A DNA stretch of 64,000 nucleotides from Eledone cirrhosa (taxonomy: Eukaryota). Of this stretch, positions 29,223-40,204 are shown piece by piece (position 1 is the first letter of the stretch; the number at the start of each line of letters is the position of its first letter). The position numbers and the translations under genes are program-made. The stretch lies in NCBI GenBank assembly GCA_964016885.1, contig OZ024760.1, positions 31,558,001 through 31,622,000 on the forward strand, read 5' to 3'. Below the pieces are notes generated by a model that ran no database searches, was not told the DNA's origin, and was given only the letters and a program-made list of their open reading frames with translations.

Positions 29223-31600
29223 CAAAAACGTGAGGTGTTCAGGATTGCCAGGCAATGTGTCAAGGAAAACCGTGATATTGTCGGGGAGAAGTGTGTGCTT
29301 AACGATGATGGCATACTTGCCATCACCGACGCTGATAAGAAGGTAGCTTGGAAGTGTCACTACGAAAGGCTTCTAAATGAGGAGAACAAATGGGAGAAAG
29401 ACAGTCTCCCCCACATCGACCCAATAGAGGGACCAGCAGTGTTAGTCCAGGGTAGTACAATAAACAAGACAATCAAAGATATGAAGACGGGTAAGGCGGC
29501 TGGTCCTTCGGAAATAGTTGCTGAGATGCTGAAGGCATCTGGTTCGGTGGGACACACCATGGTCACCCGGATAGTTAACCAAGTCGTACAGAATGGGGTT
29601 GTTCCGAAGGACTGGCGTAGCAGCATCATCGTTAACTGCTATAAGGGAAAAGGAGATGCCCTAGATAGGAGTAACTATAGAGGCATTAAATTAATCGACC
29701 AGATCATGAAGGTCACGGAAAAAGTAATAGCGCAACTAATCAGAGAGAGAATTGATCTAGATGAAATGCAGTTCGGATTTGTGTCAGGCAAAAGTACCAC
29801 AGACGCTCTTTTCATTGTACGACAACTACAGGAGAAGTACCTAGCTAAAAGTAAACCCCTATACTTAGCTTTCGTCGACTTGGAGAAAGCCTTCGACAGA
29901 GTCCCCCGTTCCATTATCTGGTGGTCTCTTAGAAAACTAGGTGTTGACGAATGGCTTGTGAGAGCTATACAAGCCATGTATAAAGAAACAGTCAGTAAGG
30001 TTAGAATTAACAACGAATATAGTGAAGAGTTTAGCGTAAAAGTTGGTGTCCATCAGGGCTCTGTTCTTAGCCCCCTACTATTTATTATTGCCCTTCAGGC
30101 TATAACAGAGGAGTTGAAGACCGGCTGCCCATGGGAACTCCTATACGCAGATGATCTAACGCTCATAGCTGAATCAATGACCGAACTAGAGAAGAAATTC
30201 CAAACATGGAAGCACGGCCTAGAATCAAAAGGCCTTAAAATTAACCTGGCTAAGACAAAAGTTCTAGTTTGTAGGAAAGAAAATATGGCGGCAGTCCCAT
30301 CTGGGAAATGGCCATGCTCAGTGTGTAGGAAAGGCGTAGGTAGAAACTCTATTTTATGTCCCAAATGCAAAGTATGGGTGCATAAAAGATGTAGTGGGAT
30401 CACAGGTAAGCTAACTAAGAACATAGATTTTACATGTGGCCGGTGCTCTGGTGCAATAAGTAGCAGCAAGTGCCCACAAAATACTAGCTCCTTCAACTGC
30501 GCAGAGGGTTCTATAGTGGACAGCTTCCGTTACCTGGGTGACAAAATCAGCAGTGGGGGAGGGTGCTCTGAAAGTACAGTAGCTAGAGTCAGAACTGGAT
30601 GGAAAAAGTTCAGAGAGCTTATACCACTATTAGCCGCTAGAGGGTTCTCCCTAAAAATGAAAGGCAGGTTATACGATGCCTGCATACGAACAGCAATGCT
30701 GCATGGCAGTGAGACCTGGGCATTATGTGCAGAGGATATACGCAGACTAGAGAGGAACGAAGCTTGCATGCTCCGCATGATGTGCAATAGTAATATACGT
30801 GAACGGCAAAGCATAAACGAACTAAGGAAAAAATTAGAAATAAGAGGGATCAGATGTTGTTTACTCGAGAGAAGGCTACGTTGGTACGGTCACGTGATGC
30901 GCATGAAAGATGACAGCTGTATAACAAAGTGCAGGGCAATAAAGATAGACGGTAGCCACGGAGTAGGCAGACCCAGAAAAACATGGGACGAGCTGATAAA
31001 TTCCGACCTCACACGCTTACACCTCTCCAAGACAATGTCACTGGACCGAGACCTTTGGCGGTACTCAGTAATAGAGAAGACCCGCCTTACCTAAATACAA
31101 AGTAAAAACCTACTACAGTCAGTAGGCATCTCTATCAAAACACCCCCCCATCCCACCACCTACACCCCATCCACACCGCCCCTTTCAATGTACAGTTATG
31201 TTGGTCCCACAACATCCAGGCCGAAACAAATGAGATCGTGTAGGTGTCACGACAAAAAAACACACAGTCCACGCTGTAAATGTGGCCGTGTAGGCAACAC
31301 GGTAAAAACCTCCCAGCCCCACACTGTAAATGTGGTTGGTGTTAGGAAGGGCATCCAGCTGTAGAAAACCCGCCAGACAGTCCACGCTGTAATGTGGCCG
31401 TGTAGGCAACACGGTAAAAACCTCCCAGCCCCACACTGTAAATGTGGTTGGTGTTAGGAAGGGCATCCAACTGTAGAAAACCCGCCAGACAGTCCTATGC
31501 GAGCAAGACAACCACTCTTGCCTCAAGTGGGAAAACCCCCGTCCAAACCCATGCAAGCGTGGAACACGGACGCTAAACCTGATGATGATGATGATGATGA
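29223..31600 (+). mobile_element. RTE LINE family C, 5'-truncated young copy
   Basis: Uninterrupted 619-aa RT ORF, 3' UTR and (ATG)n tail. Confidence 0.95.
29235..31094 (+). CDS. RTE reverse transcriptase (N-truncated) with an internal C4HC3 PHD-like finger
   Basis: [39 protein letters not shown], [CSVC..CPKC..H..C..CGRC], [19 protein letters not shown]. Confidence 0.9.
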   Translation: MFRIARQCVKENRDIVGEKCVLNDDGILAITDADKKVAWKCHYERLLNEENKWEKDSLPHIDPIEGPAVLVQGSTINKTIKDMKTGKAAGPSEIVAEMLKASGSVGHTMVTRIVNQVVQNGVVPKDWRSSIIVNCYKGKGDALDRSNYRGIKLIDQIMKVTEKVIAQLIRERIDLDEMQFGFVSGKSTTDALFIVRQLQEKYLAKSKPLYLAFVDLEKAFDRVPRSIIWWSLRKLGVDEWLVRAIQAMYKETVSKVRINNEYSEEFSVKVGVHQGSVLSPLLFIIALQAITEELKTGCPWELLYADDLTLIAESMTELEKKFQTWKHGLESKGLKINLAKTKVLVCRKENMAAVPSGKWPCSVCRKGVGRNSILCPKCKVWVHKRCSGITGKLTKNIDFTCGRCSGAISSSKCPQNTSSFNCAEGSIVDSFRYLGDKISSGGGCSESTVARVRTGWKKFRELIPLLAARGFSLKMKGRLYDACIRTAMLHGSETWALCAEDIRRLERNEACMLRMMCNSNIRERQSINELRKKLEIRGIRCCLLERRLRWYGHVMRMKDDSCITKCRAIKIDGSHGVGRPRKTWDELINSDLTRLHLSKTMSLDRDLWRYSVIEKTRLT

Positions 31601-31892
31601 TATATATATAAACATTATATATATATATATATAAACATTATATATATATATATAAACATTATATATATATATATATATATATATAAACATTATATATATA
31701 TATATATAAACATGTATATATATATATATATATAAACATTCTATACATATATATATACATATATATATAAATATTATATATATATATAAACATACATATA
31801 TATATAAATATTATATATATATATAAACATACATATATATATAAATATTATATATATAAACATACATATATATATAAATATTATATATATAT

Positions 31893-32730
31893 AGAAAGTA
31901 CAATAACTAGGGTAAGAACGGGATGGAAGAAGTTTAGGGAATTACTACCACTGCTAGCTGCAAAAGGCTTCTCCCTCAGAATGAAAGGCAGACTGTATGA
32001 TGCGTGTATCCGAACAGCGATGTTGCATGGTAGTGAGACCTGGGCGCTGAAGGTGGAAGACTTACGTAGATTAGAGAGAAACGAAGCCTGCATGCTCCGA
32101 TGGATGTGTAACAGTAATATACGTGAATGACAAAGCATAAATGAATTGAGAGAGAGACTGAGCATAAGAGGAATCAAATGCTGCGTGCAGGAGAGGCGGT
32201 TACGCTGGTATGGACATGTGATGCGTATGAAGGATGACAGCTGCATAAAAAGGTGCAGAGCACTAGAAGTTGATGGAAACCGCGGAGTGGGGAGACCCAA
32301 GATGACTTGGGATGAGGTGATAAAAGCCGACCTTACCCAACTACACCTCTCAAAGTCAATGACACACGACCGTGACTTCTGGCGTCACGCAGTAATACAG
32401 GGTACCCGACCTCCCATGGGTACATGCTGAAGCATATAAACAATATGCCCCCCCCCCCCACCGCAAGGTGGTCGTGGAGGTGCCACGGCAAAAAAGCACC
32501 CAGCCCACACTGTAAAGTGGACGTGTAGGCGCCACGAAAAAGCACCCAGCACTCACTGTAAATGAGGTTGGTGTCAGGAAGGGCATCCAGCTGTAGAAAT
32601 CAAGCCAGATCAGTTCCTGTATGAGCAAGGCATGGTCAGCCGACCAGACACTGCCCACAACAGGACAACCCGTCTAACCCATGCTAGCGTGGAAGAACGG
32701 ACGTAAAACGGTGATGATGATGATGATGAT
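31893..32730 (+). mobile_element. RTE family B 3' fragment
   Basis: Near-identical to 20346-21183. Confidence 0.93.
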
Positions 32731-32871
32731 ACATATATATATATAAACATTCTATATATATACATATATATATATACATATATATATATATAAACATTAT
32801 ATATATATAAACATTATATATACATATATATATAAACATTATATATATATAAACATTATATATATATAAAC

Positions 32872-32902
<31 letters not shown>

Positions 32903-32905
<3 letters not shown>

Positions 32906-33081
32906 TGGATTAGCAGTATCGGTAGAGTTGGACGCCATGCTTTCCAGCATAGTTACGTCCCTTTACGGTCTGAGTTCAAATCCCGCTGAGCTTCACTTTG
33001 CCTTTCATCGGTACGGGGTCGATAAAATAAAGTACCAGTAATGTAGGTAATTGCTGGTCTTGTGCCAATAGTAGAAACAAT
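32903..33081 (+). mobile_element. Meta-like SINE copy
   Basis: Similar to 28630-28815. Confidence 0.8.
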
Positions 33082-33389
33082 TATATATATATATATACAT
33101 ATATATATAAACATTGTATATATATATATTTTTTAAAAAAAATATATATAGCTATGCTTATATATGTGTGAGTGTGTGTGCATATATATATATGTCCGTA
33201 TGTGTGTGTTTATATATATTTTTGTGTGTATATATGTAATAATAATAATAGATAGAACAATTTATGTTTTCATTACGTTCATTGAGTAGTGACGCATGTT
33301 TCGCTATTGATCAGCTCAAGTTTACAAACCTGGAAATATATATATAAACAAAATATAAAACAAACAAACTTTAGTTTAATACATTTAAT

Positions 33390-33436
33390 TGCTGACAATT
33401 GTTTCTTCCAGACGAATGTCTGTGTTCATCAGAGCA
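33390..33436 (-). ncRNA. Minimal type I hammerhead within a PLE-terminus fragment (about 33350-33650)
   Basis: Minus strand: TGCT-CTGATGA-ACA-CAGAC-ATTC-GTCTG-GAA-GAAAC-AATT-GTC-AGCA. Confidence 0.75.
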
Positions 33437-33668
33437 TACACAATGTTTAAACAACTAATTATAATCCTAGTCGTCAGGACATTGATAAAGATAGATTACT
33501 ATTGACAGTGTCAGTGACATCATATTGAAAAGCAGGAGTGACAAAAAGATGTTATGTTACAGATATCATAGTATAAGGAGCAATGGTGACAAGTGAAATA
33601 TTGAGCATATTATATATAAAGATATTCTTTAAGGTAATACATGTGCAAGAGATATATACATATATACC

Positions 33669-35821
33669 CATCATCATCATCATCTTCGTTTAACGCCTAT
33701 CTTCCACGCTAGCATGGGTTAGACAGGAGTTGTCCCACTTAAGGCAAGGTTGGTCGGGTGACCTTGTCTCCCTCATATAGGACTATCTGGCAGGTTTTCT
33801 ACGGCTGGATGCCCTTCCTAACACCAACCACATTTTCTGTGTGGAACTGGGAACTTTTTACCATGTTACCTACACGGCCACATTTCAGCGTGGACTGTGT
33901 GTTTTTTTGTCGTGACACCTACACGATCTCGATCTCATTTATCTCATTTATTTGGACTGGATGTTGTGGTACCAACTTTACACAGAGAGGGTGGTGTTGG
34001 TGGGAGTAGGAGGATGGAGTAGAGGTAGTGGGATGGGGTGTATATTTGGTTAAGAGGTGCCTACTGACTGTAGGTTTCGCTTTGTACATAGGCAAGGCAG
34101 GTCTTCTGTATTACTGCGTAGCGCCAAAGATCTTGGTCCAGTGACATTGTCTTAGAGAGGTGCAAGTTTGTAAGGTCGGAATTTATCAAATTGTCCCAGG
34201 TTTTTCTGGGTCTACCTACTCCGTAATTACCATCAATTTTGATCGCCCTGCACTTTTTTATACAACTGTCATCTTTCATGCGCATCATGTGACTATACCA
34301 ATGTAGTCTTCTCTCAAGTAAACAGCATCTGATCCTTCTTATTCCTAATTTCTCACTTAATTCATTTATGCTTTGCTGTTCACGTATATTACTATTACAC
34401 ATCCAACGGAGCATGCATGTTTCGTTCCTTTCAAGTCTGCGCAGATCCTCTGCACACAATGTCCATGTCTCACTGCCATATAGCATTGCTATTTGTATAC
34501 AGGCATCATACAATCGGTCTTTCATTTTCAGAGAGAAACCTTTTGTGGCCAACAGCGGTATAAGCTCTCTGAACTTTTTCCATTCCGTTCTGACTCTGGC
34601 TACTGTACTTTCAGAGCACCCTCCAACACTGCTGATTTTGTCACCCAGGTAACAGAAAGTGTCCAATAGTGTCCACTATTTCTATAGAACCATCTGGGCA
34701 ATAGGAGGAGCTAGTATCCTGTAGGCACTTGCTACTTATTGCACCTGAGCATCAGCCACATATAAAATCTACGTTCTTAGATAGTTTACCTGTGATCCCA
34801 CTACATCTTTTATGTACTCATACTTTGCATTTGGGACATAAAATGGAGTTTCTGCCTTCTCCTTTCCTACACACTGAGCATGGCCATTTTCCTTTCTACA
34901 AACTAAAACTTTAGTCTTAGACAAGTTAACTTTAAGGCCCTTTGATTCTAGGCCATGCTTCCATCTTTGGAATTTCTTCTCTAGTTCAGCCATAGATTCA
35001 GCTATGAGCGTTAGATCATCTGCATATAGAAGTTCCCATGGGCAGCCAGTCTTGAACTCCTCTGTTATAGCCTGAATGGCAGTAATAAATAGGAGGGGCT
35101 AAGGACAGAGCCCTGATGAACACTAACTGTTACGCTAAATTCTTCACTATATTTGTTGTTAATTCTAACCTTGCTGACTGTTTCTTTATACATGGCTTGT
35201 ATACCTCTTACAAGCCATTCATCTACACCTAGTTTTCTAAGAGCCCACCAGATAATGGAGCGGGGGACTCTGTCAAAGGCTTTCTCCAAGTCAACAAAAG
35301 CTAAGTAGAGGGGTTTACTTTTAGCTAGGTACTTCTCCTGTAGTTGTCGTACAAGGAAAAGAGCGTCTGTGGTACTTTTACTTGACACAAACCCAAACTG
35401 CATTTCATCTAGATCAATTCGCTCTCTGATGAGTTGCGCTATAACTCTTTCTGTGACCTTCATGACCTGGTCAACTAACTTAATGCCTCTATAGTTTCCC
35501 CTATCTAGAGCATCCCCTTTACCCTTGTAGCAGTTAATGATGATGCTGCTACGCCAGTCATTTGGTATGACCCCATTCTGTATTACTTGGTTAACTATAC
35601 GGGTGACCATAGTATATCCCACCATTCCAGATGCCTTCAACATCTCAGCAACTATCTCCGAAGGCCCAGCTGCCTTGCCTGTCTTCATATCTTTGATTAC
35701 CTTACTTATTATACTACCTTTAACTTGCACCGCTGGTCCTTCTATTGGATCGATGTGGGGCAGACTATCTTTGTCCCATTTATCCTCATTTAATAGTCTC
35801 TCGTAGTGACACTTCCAAGCT
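33669..35821 (-). mobile_element. Older RTE family C-related copy, frameshifted
   Basis: ORFs 35065-35730, 34769-34993 and 34061-34666 are collinear with 29235-31094. Confidence 0.93.
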
Positions 35822-35955
35822 ATATGTTAAGTATTTCCATAGAAAAGGTAAAGGAAAGAAGAGTACTCTATGTATAGTACAGAGCTATTATATTATGTAA
35901 TAAACAACACAATATAATTATTCCATTACTTTGGTAGAATCCTGGGATTTTATCC

Positions 35956-36083
<128 letters not shown>

Positions 36084-36267
36084 TATATATATAATTAGAA
36101 AGTTAACAACATAATATATAACTACTCCATTACCAAAGGTTTCAGGGTCCTCGACTATATTAATATATGTCTGGATCGGTCACTTTCTAATTAAATAGCT
36201 CTGTTCTATACATAGAGCACTCTTTTTTCCTTTGCTTTTCCTTCGGAATTACCTAACATATATATAT

Positions 36268-36440
36268 CATCATCATCATCATCATTGTTTAACGTCCATC
36301 TTTCACGCTAGCATGGGTTAGACGGGAGTTGTCCCACTTGACGCACGGTTGGTCGGGTGAACCTGTCTCGCTCATATAGGACTATCTGGCATGTTTTCTA
36401 CGGCTGGATGCCCTTCCTAACACCAACCACATTTACAGTG
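36268..36440 (-). mobile_element. RTE family C-related 3' terminal fragment
   Basis: Matches 33669-33840. Confidence 0.8.
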
Positions 36441-36539
36441 TGTGTGTATATATATATATGTGTATGTGTGTGTGGCAAAAGTAATAAACAACAAGGCCCT
36501 TAATTGTACTTCACTTATTTGTACTATTGAAATTTTAAT

Positions 36540-36589
36540 TCTTGTGTGATGACCCTGTGATAAACAGGTGAAACTCCAGAGTAACAAGA
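36540..36589 (+). ncRNA. Hammerhead-like motif (C3 mutated) in a PLE-terminus fragment at about 36470-36670
   Basis: TCTTGT-GTGATGA-C-CCTGT-GATAA-ACAGG-T-GAAA-CTC-CA-GAG-TA-ACAAGA, followed by AATAAA. Confidence 0.6.
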
Positions 36590-36868
36590 CTCACTGTTTA
36601 GCCTTAATAAAATGAATATGTAACCTCTACTTCGGTATTGAGTACTCTTTTCTCTCGGCTGACGGCCACATACATATATATATATATATTTGCTTTGCCT
36701 ACTTATTTCTGAGAGTCATAGGGGAAGAGGTCTCCAGCACTCCACGTTATTTGTGCAAAGTGAATATTTAATATTTTCTCAAGAGGCGTTAATGTGTATT
36801 CGCGTACTTCAAGTTTGCATAAAAGGCGAAGACTATATATATAACATTACAACTATATATATGTATAT

Positions 36869-37266
36869 ATCATCATCATCACTATTTTACGTTCGTTCTT
36901 CCATGCTAGCATGGGTTAGACGAGTTGTCCTGTTGTGAGCAGTATCCAGTCGGCTGACCTTGCCTGATTCTGGCTTGATTTCTACAGCTGGATGCCCTTC
37001 CTAATACCAACCTCATTTACAGTCAGTGCTAGGTGCTTTTTAGCCGTGGCACCTCCACGACCACTTTGCAGTGAGGGGTCGGGGGGCCATATTGTTTATA
37101 TGCTTCAGCTTCGGCTTGTTTCTGTGGGGGGGGGGGTCTGCTGTATTATTGCGTGACACCAGAGGTCACGGTCATGTGTCATTGCCCTTGAGAGGTATAA
37201 TTGGGTAAGGTTGGCTTTTATCACCTCATCCCAGGTCTTCTTGGGTCTCCCCACTCCGCGGTTTCC

Positions 37267-37268
<2 letters not shown>
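36869..37268 (-). mobile_element. RTE family B-related 3' fragment
   Basis: GNRGVGRPKKTWDEVIKA plus the B-type 3' UTR. Confidence 0.85.
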
Positions 37269-37328
<60 letters not shown>

Positions 37329-37437
37329 GATACCGACCAAAGTGTAACACCAAATATGCAATACCACACTCAAACCTTGACCGACTTACTGAAACTGGTG
37401 ACCAATTGTAACATAAATTTACAAACTCTCTCTTTCT

Positions 37438-37610
37438 ATCATCATCGTTTAATGTCCATCTTCCACGCTAGCATGGGTTAGACGGTTTTATTCCATTTGA
37501 TGCGGGAATGATCGGGAGACCGTGTCTCGCTCGTACGGAAGTGTCTCAGGCAGGTTTTTACAGCTGGATGCCCTTCCTAACACCAACCACATTTACAGTG
37601 TGGATGTGGT
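37438..37610 (-). mobile_element. RTE-related 3' terminal fragment
   Basis: CCACGCTAGCATGGGTTAGACGG and GGATGCCCTTCCTAACACCAAC motifs. Confidence 0.7.
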
Positions 37611-37623
37611 TGGTATTATATAT

Positions 37624-37837
37624 GTGGATTGGCAGTATCGGTAGATGGTCGGACGCCATGCTTTGACGCAAAGAGTAACCTCTCTTTACGATCTGAGTTC
37701 AAATCTCGCTGAGGTTAACTTTGCCTTTCATCCTTACGGGGTCGATTAAATAAAGTACTGGGTAATTAAATAAAGTACGGGGTCGATTAAATAAAGTACT
37801 GGGTAATTGCTGGCCTTGTGCCAAAAGTAGAAACAAT
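37624..37837 (+). mobile_element. Meta-like SINE copy with an internal duplication
   Basis: Similar to 28630-28815; duplicated ATTAAATAAAGTAC segments. Confidence 0.78.
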
Positions 37838-37869
37838 TATATATATATATATAGAGAGAGAGTGCACGA

Positions 37870-37997
37870 TATGTGTAAAAATCCCAACTGTACCACCATT
37901 CGGTTTTGGTTTGTGTGTTCAGCAAGCCTTTTTCAAGGGTTACTGAACAAAGAAGCCGAAACCACTTAGTGCTGCAGTTGGGATTTTACTCCACATC
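37870..37997. repeat. Imperfect hairpin / MITE-like element
   Basis: AAAATCCCAACTG pairs with CAGTTGGGATTTT; TGTTCAG pairs with CTGAACA. Confidence 0.5.
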
Positions 37998-38374
37998 AGC
38001 AATCATGAAAAAGCACCCAGTCCACCCTGTAAAGGGGTATTGCTGGTAACACAATAAAATGTTCCCACTTTGTGCTGTAAAGTGATTGATGAAGCTCATG
38101 CTGTGATAGAAATAAAATCAAACTAAAAATGGAGTGTACCAGCATGGTCTGGTTACCTGACCAGTCTTAAATACACAACAACCTGTCTGACCCAAGGTAA
38201 CATGGAAAATAAACGTTAAATGGAAGTTATTGATATAATAATATTATTAGCGCACAATTTATCTCCAGGAATCCCAGAATCTTTTCCATGGGACTCTGGA
38301 GTTTCCTGGAACTTACTTTGATAAAGTCTGCTGTAGAGATTCATCTAAGTTGAGTAGAGTTTGAGATTTCTTTT

Positions 38375-38665
38375 ATTTGAGCCTCACCCACACAGACCAC
38401 ATGAGACCTCACTACTACTTGATCCTAAACCACACAGACCACATAAGCTCTCACTACTACTTGATCCTAAACCAGACAGACCACATGAGCTCTCTCCAAT
38501 ATTTGATCCTAAACTATACAGATCACATGAGCTCTCTTCAATATTTGATCCTAAACTACACAGACCACATGAGCTCTCTCCAGTATTTGATCCTAAACTA
38601 CACAGACCACATGAGTTCTCTCCAATATTTGAGCCTAAACTACACAGATCACATGAGATCTCACC
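38375..38665. repeat. 42-bp minisatellite, about 7 copies
   Basis: Unit TTTGATCCTAAACTACACAGACCACATGAGCTCTCTCCAATA. Confidence 0.92.
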
Positions 38666-38774
38666 ACTGATCAGTTGCCATTTCTTCGGCTATTTCCACA
38701 ACAATGCTACATGGCAATGATGTTTGGAAAAATGGACGTTTGACTGAGATGATGATGATAATCAATTTTATTTC

Positions 38775-39756
38775 ATAGTGGTTGTATAGGTGTCACGACA
38801 AAAAACAACCAGTACACACAGTAAAGTGGTTGTATAGGTGTCATGATAAAAAGCAACGATCCCCCACTGTAAAGTGGTCGTGTAGATGTCATGACAAAAA
38901 GCACCCAGTCCACACTGTAAAGTGGTCATGTAGGTGACATGACAAAAAGCACCCAGCCCACACTGTAAAGTGGTCATGTAGGTGACACTACAAAAAGCAC
39001 CCAGTACACTCTGTAAAGTGGTTGTATAGGTGTCATGATAAAAAGCAACGAGCCCCCACTGTAAAGTGGTCATGTAGGTGACACAACAAAAAGCACCCAG
39101 TCCACATTGTAAAGTGGTCATGTAGGTGTCACGATAAAAAGCACCCTGCCCACACTGTAAAGTGGTCATGTAGGTGACACAACAAAAAGCACCCAGTCCA
39201 CACTGTAAAGTGGTCATGTAGGTGTCACGATAAAAAGCACCCAGCCCACACTGTAAAGTGGTCATGTAGGTGTCATGACAAAAAGCACCCAGCCCACACT
39301 GTAAAGTGGACATGTAGGTGTCACGATAAAAAGCACCCAGTCCACATTGTAAAGTGGTCATGTAGGTGTCACGATAAAAAGCACCCTGCCTACACTGGAA
39401 AGTGGTCATGTAGGTGTCACGATAAAAAGCATCCAGCCCACACTGTAAAGTGGACATGTAGGTGTCACGATAAAAAGCACCCAGCCCACACTGTAAAGTG
39501 GACATGTAGGTGTCACGATAAAAAGCACCCAGCCCACACTGTAAAGTGGTCGTGTAGGTGTCACGATAAAAAGCACCCAGCCCACACTGTAAAGTGGTCG
39601 TGTAGGTGTCACGATAAAAAGCACCCAGCCCACACTGTAAAGTGGTCGTGTAGGTGTCACGATAAAAAGCACCCAGCCCACGCTGTAAAGTGGTCATGTA
39701 GGTGTCACAATAAAAAGCACCCAGTCCACACTGTAAAGTGGTCATGTAGGTGACAC
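38775..39756. repeat. 48-bp minisatellite, about 20 copies, derived from an RTE/SINE 3' UTR motif
   Basis: Unit AAAGTGGTCATGTAGGTGTCACGATAAAAAGCACCCAGCCCACACTGT; compare 20921-21017. Confidence 0.93.
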
Positions 39757-40204
39757 TCACACTCACACAATGTGTGTGTGTGTGTGATAGAGAGGATGTG
39801 AGAAAGAGATATAGAGGAAGAATTGACTCTAGTACTTGACTGATACCTTTTTTTTTTTTTTATTGACCCCCGAAATGGGATTCAGAGATGGGAAAGACGA
39901 GAGAGGTGGAGTCAATGACAGTGGGAGTTTGGCCCCTCACTATTCGGACCTGGTGAACGTGTGTGTGTTTACTTATATTCATTCGATATGACATTATCTA
40001 CGCTCCCTATTTCTTTGACCTACCCACTTTCATCCAATTTATAGTCACTTTGTCCTTTGTGCTTCCCGTCAAAGTTTGTTCAGAACTCAGCAGAGATAAG
40101 GAACCAAGCACTGTCTGACATTTCTAACAACTCTACCACTTCACCTCGTCCAGTCATAGTCACCAATATGTGATAAAGCTTTGCTGCGACGACCGAATGT
40201 CTTT

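Larger units (their letters stand above)
22889..33125. repeat. (TA)n microsatellite with a diagnostic TATAAACAT motif, broken by many nested insertions
   Basis: The same motif recurs between nearly all insertions in this interval and is rare elsewhere. Confidence 0.85.

Noticed and set aside
33280-33330. Additional hammerhead (GAAACATGCGTC on the minus strand)
   Set aside because: Only the 3' half and a short stem II are present; core and stem I are missing, so it was not counted.
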